The position numbers and the translations under genes are program-made. Below the pieces are notes generated by a model. That model made no database searches. It worked only from the letters and a program-made list of their open reading frames with translations, and was not told the DNA's origin. DNA of 64,000 bases from a bacterium. Lineage in GTDB: Bacteria > Myxococcota_A > UBA9160 > UBA4427. Positions 1-8,340 of the stretch are shown piece after piece. Position 1 is the first letter of the stretch. Each line of letters starts with the position of its first letter. The stretch lies in assembly GCA_024742285.1 (NCBI GenBank), contig JANSYR010000003.1, positions 381,657-445,656 on the forward strand. Direction: 5' to 3'.

Positions 1-350
1 TCCTGGTGGCAGGTGATGCAGAGCCTCGCGTCGAGGACCTCGACCCGGTCCGCGTTGCGCGGATCGGTGAACTTGGTGCGCGGATGCGAGTCGTCCACCC
101 TCGTGAGCTCGGCCGAGTGGCATCCTTCACAGGCTTCCTGCATCGCCGTCCGATCCGCGAACTTGTCCGTGTGGCACGACTCGCAGGCGAGCTCGATCTG
201 GTAGTGCCCGTCCGTCGTCTCCCCTGGCAGGAAGACGGTCCGGTCGATCGGCATCGACTCGAGCTCCTCCGGCGCCCACATCAGTCCTCCGAGCACGGCT
301 GCTCCCACGATCGTCGCGATCCCTCCTGTCCAGACACCGAACTTCGCCAC
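1..350 (-). CDS. Membrane-anchored multiheme cytochrome c (NapC/NirT- or c3-like), C-terminus cut by window edge
   Basis: Absent from the ORF track because it runs off the edge. Reverse-strand translation from GTG(350) gives VAKFGVWTGGIATIVGAAVLGGLMW (one TM anchor), then ACESCH, ACEGCH and LCITCHQ, i.e. three CxxCH heme-c motifs in 116 aa. It starts 32 nt after the stop of the 382..2433 gene on the same strand. Confidence 0.7.
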   Translation of the reverse strand, partial: MAKFGVWTGGIATIVGAAVLGGLMWAPEELESMPIDRTVFLPGETTDGHYQIELACESCHTDKFADRTAMQEACEGCHSAELTRVDDSHPRTKFTDPRNADRVEVLDARLCITCHQ

Positions 351-381
351 CCCGATTTCCCGTTCGACTCCCGTGATGTCC

Positions 382-2433
382 TCAGTAGACGTAGACCGCG
401 AGGACGTGGAAGCAGAGGAGGAGCGGCAGCGGCCAGACGAGGGCTACGTGTGCGCCCCGCCAGCCGCGCCGCAGAACGCTGCCGAGCTGCGGAGGAAGCC
501 GGTGTTCGAGACTCGTCGCGAAGGCCGAGAACGTGCCGAGTACGAGCAGGCCGAGCACGGCGCTCATCAGCATCGCGTTCAGGTTGGCGCCGAGTCGCAG
601 ACCGGTGTGGACCGCACCGAGCAGGATCGTCGCCAGTCCGACCGACGTGTGGAGGATGCGCGCGGAGCGAACGGTGCTGCGCTTCAGGACGGGGATCCGG
701 TCGCGGAGCGGGAGCAGGAACGCGACCGCCATCACCGCGACGAGGGCGTAGCCGCTCGCCTGCTTCCAGAATCCGTCGCGCCAGAGGAAGTCGATCTCGG
801 GCGTGTCCAGGACCGACGTAGACATCGGGACCGGGCCCAACCACGTCCCCAGAGCGATCGCGGTCAGGCTCGCCCCGGCGATCCAGGCGAGTGCGCTTCC
901 GGCGCCGACGCGTCGACCGACGCTCACCTCGCCGGCGAGCTCCGCGAGGATCGGCTGGCAGGATCCGCAGCCGCTGCCGGCCCCGGTCGCTTCCATCAGC
1001 ATCGCGCTGGAGTGGCAACCGTCGGTCCAGGCTTCGCGGAGCGTTCCGCAATCTACGCCGGTGCAGGTGCAGACGATCGCTTCGTCGTGCCAGGTCTCGA
1101 TCGGTCGGGCGTTCTCGCCGCGGAAGAGCTTCCCCCGCTCGAGGAAGCGTCGCTCCTGCGCCATGGTCACCTTCGCATCGCGCGCGATGGCTTCCTGGAG
1201 GTCGGGAAACTCGCTCGACGGACCGACGGCGATCGCGCCGACGAGTCGCCCGTTTCGCAGGACGAGTCGGCGGTAGCTGTCCTTCGACTTCCAGACGAGC
1301 TCGCGGACGAGGGTACCGTCCGCCAGGGACTCCCCGACGGCAGCGACCTCGACGCCCGGTACCTTGAGACGAGCGCTGGCGGTTCCGCCTACGAAGCTCC
1401 CGGTGCCGCTCCCGAAACGCTCCGCCAGCGCGCCTGCCATTGCATAACACGGCGCGACGAATCCGAAGAGGCGACCCTCGTGTCGCGCGACCTCGCCGAT
1501 CGCGAAGATCTTCGGATCCTTCGTGCGGAGCTCGTCGTCGACCTGGACGCCGCCCCCCGAATGGCATTCGAGGTCCGCCTCGCGGGCGAGCTCGTCGCGG
1601 GGGCGGGTGCCGACGGCGAAGACGACGAGATCGGTCTGCAGGGTCTCTCCGGAGCCGAGCTCCACGGCGAGGCCGTCGTCGGTCTCGGTGATCCGGTTCG
1701 TTCCCGTGAAGAGGCGCAGGCCGATCCCGAGGCTGCGGATCTTCCCTTCCAGGATCGCGGCACCGTCCACGTCGAGCTGCTTGGGCAGGAGTCGCGGTGC
1801 CATCTCGACGACGTCGACTTCGCAGTCCTTCTCGCGGACGCCGTGGGCGAGCTCGAGCCCGAGCAAGCCGCCGCCGATGATCGTGACGTGGGACGCGCGG
1901 CGGGCTTCATGAGCGATCCGTTCGGCGTCGCCGGCGTCGCGGTAGGTCATGACGTCCGGGTGTTCGCTCCCCTCGACCGGCGGAAGGAAGGCACGGCTTC
2001 CCGTGGCCAGGACCAGATGGTCGTACGGAATTCGCTCGCCGGATTCCGTCTCGACGTGCGCTTCGGCGCGGTCGACTCGCGTGACGCGATCCTTCAGGAC
2101 GAGTCGCACGTCACGGGACGCGTACCAGTCGGCTTCACGAAAGACCGGGGTGAGACCTCCGGCGACGACCCGCTCCAGATGGATGCGGTCGTAGGGAGGC
2201 GACGCCTCTTCGGTGATCAGCGTGATCTCGAGGTACTCGGCGGCGCTGCGACTGATCAGCGATTCGATGAAGTGGAAGGCGGTCATCCCGCCGCCGACGA
2301 CGACGAGCGATTCGCGTTCGACGGGGGCGTGCGGCTTGCGGGTCCCTCGCTTCTTCTCGCTCCGTCGCCACATGGGCCGGGGTTCTCCGTGCCGCGATGC
2401 CAGCCAGGCGAGTTGGGAGGCGTTCGCGACCAC
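382..2433 (-). CDS. Fusion protein: FAD/NAD(P)H pyridine-nucleotide-disulfide oxidoreductase (NirB N-terminal-half-like) + BFD-like [2Fe-2S] domain + C-terminal multi-TM domain with two His pairs
   Basis: 683-aa ORF. Rossmann motifs VVVGGGMTAF and IIGGGLLGLE. BFD-type cysteines IVCTCTG...GAGSGCGSCQP. C-terminal ~200 aa form about 5 hydrophobic helices, two of which carry His-x13-His pairs (HTSVGLATILLGAVH; HVALVWPLPLLLCFH). An alternative start at MWRR (residue 21) is possible. Confidence 0.85.
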   Translation of the reverse strand: MVANASQLAWLASRHGEPRPMWRRSEKKRGTRKPHAPVERESLVVVGGGMTAFHFIESLISRSAAEYLEITLITEEASPPYDRIHLERVVAGGLTPVFREADWYASRDVRLVLKDRVTRVDRAEAHVETESGERIPYDHLVLATGSRAFLPPVEGSEHPDVMTYRDAGDAERIAHEARRASHVTIIGGGLLGLELAHGVREKDCEVDVVEMAPRLLPKQLDVDGAAILEGKIRSLGIGLRLFTGTNRITETDDGLAVELGSGETLQTDLVVFAVGTRPRDELAREADLECHSGGGVQVDDELRTKDPKIFAIGEVARHEGRLFGFVAPCYAMAGALAERFGSGTGSFVGGTASARLKVPGVEVAAVGESLADGTLVRELVWKSKDSYRRLVLRNGRLVGAIAVGPSSEFPDLQEAIARDAKVTMAQERRFLERGKLFRGENARPIETWHDEAIVCTCTGVDCGTLREAWTDGCHSSAMLMEATGAGSGCGSCQPILAELAGEVSVGRRVGAGSALAWIAGASLTAIALGTWLGPVPMSTSVLDTPEIDFLWRDGFWKQASGYALVAVMAVAFLLPLRDRIPVLKRSTVRSARILHTSVGLATILLGAVHTGLRLGANLNAMLMSAVLGLLVLGTFSAFATSLEHRLPPQLGSVLRRGWRGAHVALVWPLPLLLCFHVLAVYVY

Positions 2434-2916
2434 CCTTGCGACGCGAACGCCTCCCGTCCCTGCTCCTTGTCGTCATGCCGGACCCACCACGATCCGAGCA
2501 TGAGCTGGCGGAGTTCGCCATTTCAAGTCTCAGGCCAACTCGATCGGGACGACTCGGAGAAGTCCGGTCGACGATACGCGGCGGGGCGTCGATTTCGTGC
2601 GGGATCCCGCTCGAAGAGGCGGCGCACCGCGCTCTCCGGACGGGCCGGGGATCGCGTCCGCCCGGCCATGCTCGCGCGTGCTCAGTCGCGCGGCGGCGGC
2701 GTCGCTCTGACGGGCAGGACGGGTTCGCATCGAACCAGATCGGCGCGCTACGGCACGAAAATCGTCCGATCGAAGCCGTTCGAGCGATCAACCGTTGAGC
2801 AACGAGCGCGTACTTCGATGAGGCCCTTCCTGCGACGGTCGAGCCGCCGTCGACCCGGACGGGTCGAGCTTGGAAGCAGTTGTATCGAGCGGGACGCAAA
2901 GGTTCCGAGAAAAACT

Positions 2917-2932
2917 TGGCACGGGAGTTGGA
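2917..2932 (+). promoter_or_regulatory. Candidate sigma-54 (-24/-12) promoter upstream of globin-nirBD
   Basis: TGGCACgggagTTGGa versus consensus TGGCAC-N5-TTGCW, with one mismatch in the -12 GC. It lies 72 nt upstream of the globin ATG (2989). The geometry matches a second element at 10727 (71 nt to the nrtA start). Confidence 0.35.
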
Positions 2933-2988
2933 TACGGATCGCGTGGAACCCGAACGATTCGTCACCCATCCACCCAGGAGAATCCGGA

Positions 2989-3390
2989 ATGTTCACCGAC
3001 CGAGAGATCGAACTCGTACGCGAGACCTGGAGCAAGGCCTCCGCGGACCCCGATGCGGCGGCCGCGCTCTTCTACGGGAAGCTCTTCGAAACGGCCCCCG
3101 CCGTGAAGCCCCTGTTCACGGGCGACATGAAGGACCAGGGGCGAAAGCTCATGCAGATGATCGGCATCGCCGTGAACAACATGGACAAGATCGACGAGAT
3201 CGTGCCGGCCCTGATCGAGCTCGGAGAGCGCCACGACGACTACGGCGCCGAAGAGGATCACTATCCCGTCGTCGGAGAAGTGCTGATCGACACTTTGAGC
3301 ACCGCGCTGGGCGACGAGTTCACCGACGAGGCGGAGCTCGCCTGGGCCCACACCTACACCGCGGTGTCCTCGGTGATGTTGTCACGGTGA
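2989..3390 (+). CDS. Single-domain globin (bacterial 3/3 hemoglobin-like)
   Basis: 133 aa, the C-terminal in-frame part of the spurious 373..3390 ORF. ATG is preceded by the SD CAGGAG. Sequence MFTDREIELVRETWSK...LFYGKLFETAPAVKPLF...LGERHDDYGAEEDHYPVVGEVLIDTL...AWAHTYTAVSSVM shows the typical globin pattern with a proximal-His RHxxYG motif. Confidence 0.85.
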   Translation: MFTDREIELVRETWSKASADPDAAAALFYGKLFETAPAVKPLFTGDMKDQGRKLMQMIGIAVNNMDKIDEIVPALIELGERHDDYGAEEDHYPVVGEVLIDTLSTALGDEFTDEAELAWAHTYTAVSSVMLSR

Positions 3391-3659
3391 CGTCGCCACG
3401 GGTTGCGTCGCACTCGGGCACGGGCTGGTCAACGACTGGGCGTTCCTCGAGCGGTTCTTCGCGATGCGGGCCGGAAGTGGCCCGCCCGCGCCCGCCGCCG
3501 CACGTTTCGCCTCGGCACGCTTCTTGAACTCCGTGAGCGCAGTGGTGTGGACCGGCCGTGAGAGAGCACGGCGCGCCCGGTGGCGTCGGTACGGCTCGTC
3601 ATGCGCCGAAACCAGCCCGCTTCTCCGTAGCAAGTCCGTAGGAAGAGGAACTCGAGACC

Positions 3660-6563
3660 GTGACCGAGAGAATCGTCGTCGTTGGCAATGGAATGGTGGG
3701 GCATCGCTTCTGCGAGGAGCTGCTCGAACGAGACGGTGAGGGTCGCTTCCAGCTGACCGTGATCGCCGAAGAGCCTCGCCCCGCCTATGACCGCGTCGGC
3801 TTGAGCGCGTTCTTCGACGGCAAGACGGCCGAGGACCTCGCCCTCGCGACCCCCGAGTGGTACGCGGAGCAGGGCGTCGAGCTCCTCCTCGACGACGCGG
3901 TCCACGAGATCGACCGTGAGGCCCGTCAGGTCCGATGCGTTTCGGGCACGGTCCGCCCCTACGACCGGCTCGTGCTCGCCACCGGCTCCATCCCCTTCAT
4001 TCCTCCGATTCCGGGCACGGAGAAGGAGGGCGTCTTCGTCTACCGCACGATCGAGGATCTCGAGGCGATGGCCGCGTGGGCAGCGCGTGAGGAGACGACC
4101 CGGGCCGCCGTGATCGGGGGTGGGCTGCTCGGCCTCGAGGCGGCCAAGGCAGCGGTGGACATGGGTCTCGAGACCCATGTCCTCGAACACGGGGGCCGCC
4201 TGATGCCGCGCCAGGTCGACGATTCCGGCGGTCGATTGCTGCGCCGGGCGATCGAATCCCTCGGCGTCTTCGTCCACGTCGAGAGTGGCGCTCAGGAAGT
4301 CCGGGGTGGCGACGCGGTCGGCTCGCTGGTCCTGCCGGGAGATCGCGAGCTCGACGTCGACATGGTGATCATCTCCGCGGGGATCAAGGCGCGGGACGAC
4401 CTCGCCCGTTCCTGTGGCCTGACCGTCGGAGAGCGAGGGGGTGTCCTCGTCGATCGGGGGCTCGTGACGGACGACGAGCACATCTTCGCGATCGGCGAGT
4501 GTGCGCTCCACGAGGGCACGATCTACGGGCTCGTCGCGCCGGGCTACGACATGGCGCGCATCCTCGCGCAACGCTTCACCGGCGAAGACGTCGAGTTCGA
4601 GGGCGCCGACCTCTCGACGAAGCTCAAGCTGCTCGGCGTCGACGTGGCGAGCTTCGGCGATCCCTTCGCGGACGAGGAGGGCGTCGCTGCGCGCAAGGTC
4701 GTGATCGAGGACTCGGTCGCGGGTGTCTATCAGAAGCTCGTCGTGAGCGCGGATGGCGAGCGTCTCCTCGGCGGCATCCTGGTGGGCGATGCCAGTCCCT
4801 ACATGAGTCTCCTCCAGGCGACTCGGAGCCAGGCGCCGGTCCCGCCCCGCCCGCATCAGCTCCTGACCGGCGTCCCGGACGCAGCCTCCGACGCGACCGA
4901 TCTCCCGGACGAAGCCCAGATCTGTTCGTGCAACAACGTCGACAAGGGCGACATCGTCGCGGCGATCCGGGATCAGGAGCTGACCACGCTGCCCGAGCTC
5001 AAGGCCTGCACGAAGGCCGGGACGGGCTGCGGCGGCTGTCTGCCGATCGTGAAGAACGTGCTCGAGGCCGAGCTCGAGCGCGCCGGGATCACCGTCGACA
5101 GGAGCCTCTGCGAGCACTTCGCCTACTCGCGGCAGGAGCTCTTCCAGATCATCAAGATCAATCGGCTCGAGTCCTTCGACGCGGTCCTCGTGAATCATGG
5201 AACGGGAAGTGGCTGCGAAGTGTGTCGGCCGGCGGTGGCGTCGATCCTGGCGAGCACCTGGAACGACCCGATCCTGAACCACGCGAACATCCAGGACACG
5301 AACGATCGCTTCCTGGCGAACATCCAGCGAGGCGGGACCTACAGCGTGATCCCACGCGTACCCGGCGGCGAGATCACGCCCGAGAAGCTCGTCGTCCTCG
5401 GCGAGGTGGCCAAGAAGTACGACCTCTACTGCAAGATCACCGGCGGTCAGCGGATCGACCTGCTCGGAGCGCGCGTCGATCAGCTTCCCGGGATCTGGCG
5501 CGAGCTCGTCGAGGCCGGGTTCGAGAGTGGTCATGCCTATGGCAAGGCGCTCCGAACGGTGAAGAGCTGCGTCGGATCGTCGTGGTGCCGCTTCGGCGTC
5601 CAGGACTCGACGGGCTTCGCGATCCGCGTCGAGGAGCGCTACCGCGGGATCCGCGCGCCACACAAGGTGAAGAGCGCTGTCTCCGGGTGCGTGCGTGAGT
5701 GTGCCGAGGCCCAGAGCAAGGACTTCGGTCTGATCGCGACGGAGAACGGCTGGAACCTCTACCTCAACGGCAACGGGGGATCGACGCCGCGGCACGCGGA
5801 CCTCTTCGCCACCGACCTGAGCGAGGACGAGGCCATCCAGCTGATCGATCGCTGGTTCATGTACTACATCCACACCGCCAATCCGCTCGAGCGGACGGCC
5901 CGCTGGTTCGAGCGACTCGAGGGGGGGCTTCCCGAGCTCCAGGCGATCCTGGTCGAGGACAAGCTGGGAATCTGCGAGAGCCTCGAGAAGGACATGGCGG
6001 CGCTCGTCGCGACCTATCAGTGCGAGTGGAAGGGCGTCGTCGAAGACCCCGAGCGCCAGAAGATGTTCACGCACTTCGCGAACGAGGACGGACCCGATCC
6101 GTCGCTTCGCTTCATCGAGGAGCGCGGTCAGAAGCGACCCGAGGACTGGAAGACCGAGGAAGCGCCGGCCGAGGAAGAGTCGAACGCGGCCGCCGTGCCC
6201 GAGGACGAGTGGACGTGGGTTCCGCTCGGAGACGCGGACACGATTCCGCGCGACTCCGGACGCGCCATGCGGGCCCCGGGCGGCCAGCTCGCGGTCTTCC
6301 ACCACGCCGGGCGCGACGCCTACTACGCGACGGAGAACCGCTGTCCGCATCAGGGGGACATGGTCCTCGCGCGTGGTCTCGTCGGCTCGGACGGGGAAGA
6401 GCCGAAGGTCGCCTGCCCGCTCCACAAGAAGACGTTCTCGCTCCAGAACGGCAAGGGGCTGTCGGATCCGAACTTCTGCGTGGACACGTATCCGGTCGAG
6501 GTACGGGACGACGTCCTCTTCGTGAAGCTGCCGCCCGCCCTGGCCGAGGAACCCCCGTCGTGA
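3660..6563 (+). CDS. nirB: Assimilatory NAD(P)H nitrite reductase, NirB large subunit fused to a NirD Rieske-like small subunit
   Basis: 967 aa. GTG start with SD GGAAGAGGA. N-terminus MTERIVVVGNGMVGHRF; BFD cysteines and a siroheme/4Fe-4S region (TGCGGC, SCVGSSWCRFG). The C-terminal ~110 aa (AVFHHAGRDAYYATENRCPHQGDMVLARGLV...ACPLHKKTFSLQNGKG) are NirD-like. Confidence 0.95.
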   Translation: MTERIVVVGNGMVGHRFCEELLERDGEGRFQLTVIAEEPRPAYDRVGLSAFFDGKTAEDLALATPEWYAEQGVELLLDDAVHEIDREARQVRCVSGTVRPYDRLVLATGSIPFIPPIPGTEKEGVFVYRTIEDLEAMAAWAAREETTRAAVIGGGLLGLEAAKAAVDMGLETHVLEHGGRLMPRQVDDSGGRLLRRAIESLGVFVHVESGAQEVRGGDAVGSLVLPGDRELDVDMVIISAGIKARDDLARSCGLTVGERGGVLVDRGLVTDDEHIFAIGECALHEGTIYGLVAPGYDMARILAQRFTGEDVEFEGADLSTKLKLLGVDVASFGDPFADEEGVAARKVVIEDSVAGVYQKLVVSADGERLLGGILVGDASPYMSLLQATRSQAPVPPRPHQLLTGVPDAASDATDLPDEAQICSCNNVDKGDIVAAIRDQELTTLPELKACTKAGTGCGGCLPIVKNVLEAELERAGITVDRSLCEHFAYSRQELFQIIKINRLESFDAVLVNHGTGSGCEVCRPAVASILASTWNDPILNHANIQDTNDRFLANIQRGGTYSVIPRVPGGEITPEKLVVLGEVAKKYDLYCKITGGQRIDLLGARVDQLPGIWRELVEAGFESGHAYGKALRTVKSCVGSSWCRFGVQDSTGFAIRVEERYRGIRAPHKVKSAVSGCVRECAEAQSKDFGLIATENGWNLYLNGNGGSTPRHADLFATDLSEDEAIQLIDRWFMYYIHTANPLERTARWFERLEGGLPELQAILVEDKLGICESLEKDMAALVATYQCEWKGVVEDPERQKMFTHFANEDGPDPSLRFIEERGQKRPEDWKTEEAPAEEESNAAAVPEDEWTWVPLGDADTIPRDSGRAMRAPGGQLAVFHHAGRDAYYATENRCPHQGDMVLARGLVGSDGEEPKVACPLHKKTFSLQNGKGLSDPNFCVDTYPVEVRDDVLFVKLPPALAEEPPS

Positions 6564-8245
6564 GCGCCGAGGCGGAATGGGACGCCGCCACCCCGAACCT
6601 CGTGGAGCTGCTCCTGGAGGAGCAGCAGACGCTGACGGCGGTGGAGGTGTTCTCGTCGCTGCACGACGAATCGCCCGAGGCGAACGGACGCTACGAGTCG
6701 TTGCTCCCGTCCGGGACTCCGGGCGCGGGCGAGCAGCTCTCGTTCCGCGTCGACCTCGACGCGTGCACCGGTTGCAAGGCCTGCGTCACCGCCTGCCACA
6801 ACCTGAACGGACTGGAGCCCGACGAGACCTGGCGCAAGGTCGGTCTCGTCGAGACCGGGGCGATCTCGGAGTCCGTCGAACGACAGCAGACCGTCACGGC
6901 CGCTTGTCATCACTGCGCCGAGCCCGGCTGTCTCGAGGGGTGCCCCGTCCGGGCCTACGAGAAGGATCCGACGACGGGGATCGTCCGCCATCTCGACGAT
7001 CAGTGCATCGGTTGTCGCTACTGCCAGCTGATGTGTCCCTACGACGTACCGACCTGGTCGGATCGCCTGGGGATCGTCCGCAAGTGCGACATGTGCCACT
7101 CGCGGCTGGCCGAGGGCGAGGCGCCGGCCTGCGTCCAGGGCTGCCCGAACGGGGCGATCTCGATCGCGGTCGTCCCGGTCTCGCCGCCGGAAGAAGACGC
7201 GGCGCTCCTGCACGTCGTGGAAGGGGCGATGCCGCCCTCGAGCTGGACGCAGCCCTCTACGCGCTACGTCTCGACGCGGGAGACGGCGATCGGAGTCGAT
7301 GCCGCGGACGCGATTCACGTCGAACCCAACTCGGCGCACATGCCGTTGGCGATCATGCTCGTCCTGACGCAGGCGGCGATCGGCGCGGTCTGGGGGGACG
7401 CGCTCCTGCAATCGTTCGTGAGCGGTTCGGCGCCCGGGGCCGCGGTCGTCGTGCCGACCCTCGCGCTGGCGGTCGCCATGCCCGGCCTGGCGGCGAGCGT
7501 CGCACATCTCGGTCGTCCCCAGTGGGCCTTCCGCGCGGTCCTCGGTCTCCGGACCTCCTGGATGAGTCGCGAGATCGTGGTGCTCGGCGCGTTCGCCGGC
7601 GTCCTCGTCGCCCTCGTGGTCGGGGCGTGGGTCGATGCGGCGGGCCTCGGGGACGCCTCCGTCCTCGGCCGGCTGTCGTCGCTCGCGCGTCTGCCTCTTG
7701 CCTGGAGCACCGCGTGGGTCGGGGCGCTCGGTCTCTTCTGTTCAGCGCAGATCTACGCGGCGACTCGACGTCCCTTCTGGACGCTCGGTCGGACCACGTT
7801 GCGTTTCGCGGGGTCGGCGGTCTGGGCGGGTGTTGCGGCGGTTCAAGTGGGGTTGGCCGCGGGTGCGGTCACGGCCGCCGGCTCTCCTACGGCCGCCCAG
7901 GCCGCTCTCGCCCTGTCGTTGATCGGCATCACGGCGTTGCGAGGGAATCTCGAATCGGGGGCGTTGCTCGAGGCGAGAACCCGCGCCTCGATTCGCGCCT
8001 TCGATCGTTCGCGACGACTGCTGCAGGGCCCCCTCCGCCGGACCGCCTCCGCGAGACGGGTCACGCTCGCCGTCGCCGGTTTCGGCGGGCCGCTCCTCCT
8101 GCTCTTCGGTCTCGTCGCCGGCTCGGGGGGCGCCGTGCTCGCGGTGGCGGTGGCCACATTCGCGCTCGGGATCTTCTCCGACGTCCTCGAACGGCGCCTC
8201 TTCTTCCAGGCGGAGGCGATGCCTTCCATGCCGGGAGCGGGGTAG
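6560..8245 (+). CDS. Fusion of a DmsB/NrfC-like 4Fe-4S ferredoxin domain and a DmsC/YnfH-like membrane anchor
   Basis: 561 aa. The GTG start overlaps the nirBD stop (GTGA). It is in frame with the tail of ORF 5699..8245. Cys clusters: CTGCKACVTACH, CHHCAEPGCLEGCP, CIGCRYCQLMCP, CDMCHSRL...CVQGCP. The C-terminal half has multiple TM helices with DmsC-like signatures HLGRPQWAFRAVLGLRTSWMSRE, FCSAQIYAATRRPFW and a terminal ERRLFF. Confidence 0.85.
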   Translation: MSAEAEWDAATPNLVELLLEEQQTLTAVEVFSSLHDESPEANGRYESLLPSGTPGAGEQLSFRVDLDACTGCKACVTACHNLNGLEPDETWRKVGLVETGAISESVERQQTVTAACHHCAEPGCLEGCPVRAYEKDPTTGIVRHLDDQCIGCRYCQLMCPYDVPTWSDRLGIVRKCDMCHSRLAEGEAPACVQGCPNGAISIAVVPVSPPEEDAALLHVVEGAMPPSSWTQPSTRYVSTRETAIGVDAADAIHVEPNSAHMPLAIMLVLTQAAIGAVWGDALLQSFVSGSAPGAAVVVPTLALAVAMPGLAASVAHLGRPQWAFRAVLGLRTSWMSREIVVLGAFAGVLVALVVGAWVDAAGLGDASVLGRLSSLARLPLAWSTAWVGALGLFCSAQIYAATRRPFWTLGRTTLRFAGSAVWAGVAAVQVGLAAGAVTAAGSPTAAQAALALSLIGITALRGNLESGALLEARTRASIRAFDRSRRLLQGPLRRTASARRVTLAVAGFGGPLLLLFGLVAGSGGAVLAVAVATFALGIFSDVLERRLFFQAEAMPSMPGAG

Positions 8246-8270
8246 GGCGGAGCGGTGATGTCGGCGGCCT

Positions 8271-8340
8271 GGCGATCGAGGGGGACGGATCGATGACTTC
8301 GCGATGGCGATCGAGGGGGACGGATCGATGACTTCGCGAT
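8271..8340. repeat. Perfect 35-bp tandem duplication (2 copies + 5 bp) spanning the SD and start codon of nasA
   Basis: 8271-8305 and 8306-8340 are identical (ggcgatcgagggggacggatcgatgacttcgcgat). 8341-8345 (ggcga) begins a third copy. Confidence 0.95.

Noticed and set aside
2397-2798. ORFs inside the 555-bp divergent intergenic region (2397..2798+, 2530..2730-, 2748..3035-)
   Set aside because: They lack SD/start context and have Arg/Ser/Pro-rich composition with no family resemblance. The region is more plausibly regulatory.
373-3390. 1005-aa plus-strand ORF, the longest in this region
   Set aside because: It runs antisense to the well-supported 382..2433 flavoprotein gene and has Arg/Ala/Gly-rich low-complexity translation typical of high-GC shadow frames. 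Only its last 133 codons (2989..3390, the globin) look like a real protein, with their own SD and ATG.
3429-6425. 998-aa minus-strand ORF opposite nirBD
   Set aside because: This is a shadow ORF antisense to an unmistakable NirB/NirD sequence, with no recognisable motifs. The same reasoning applies to 8061..10325(-), 10894..12534(-), 40061..42157(-), 53330..55888(-), 57030..58586(+), 58516..59991(+) and 61020..63785(-).
8271-8340. Whether the tandem repeats (35 bp x2 here, 13 bp x2 at 32282) represent a CRISPR or minisatellite array
   Set aside because: Only two directly abutting copies are present, with no spacers. They are simple tandem duplications.
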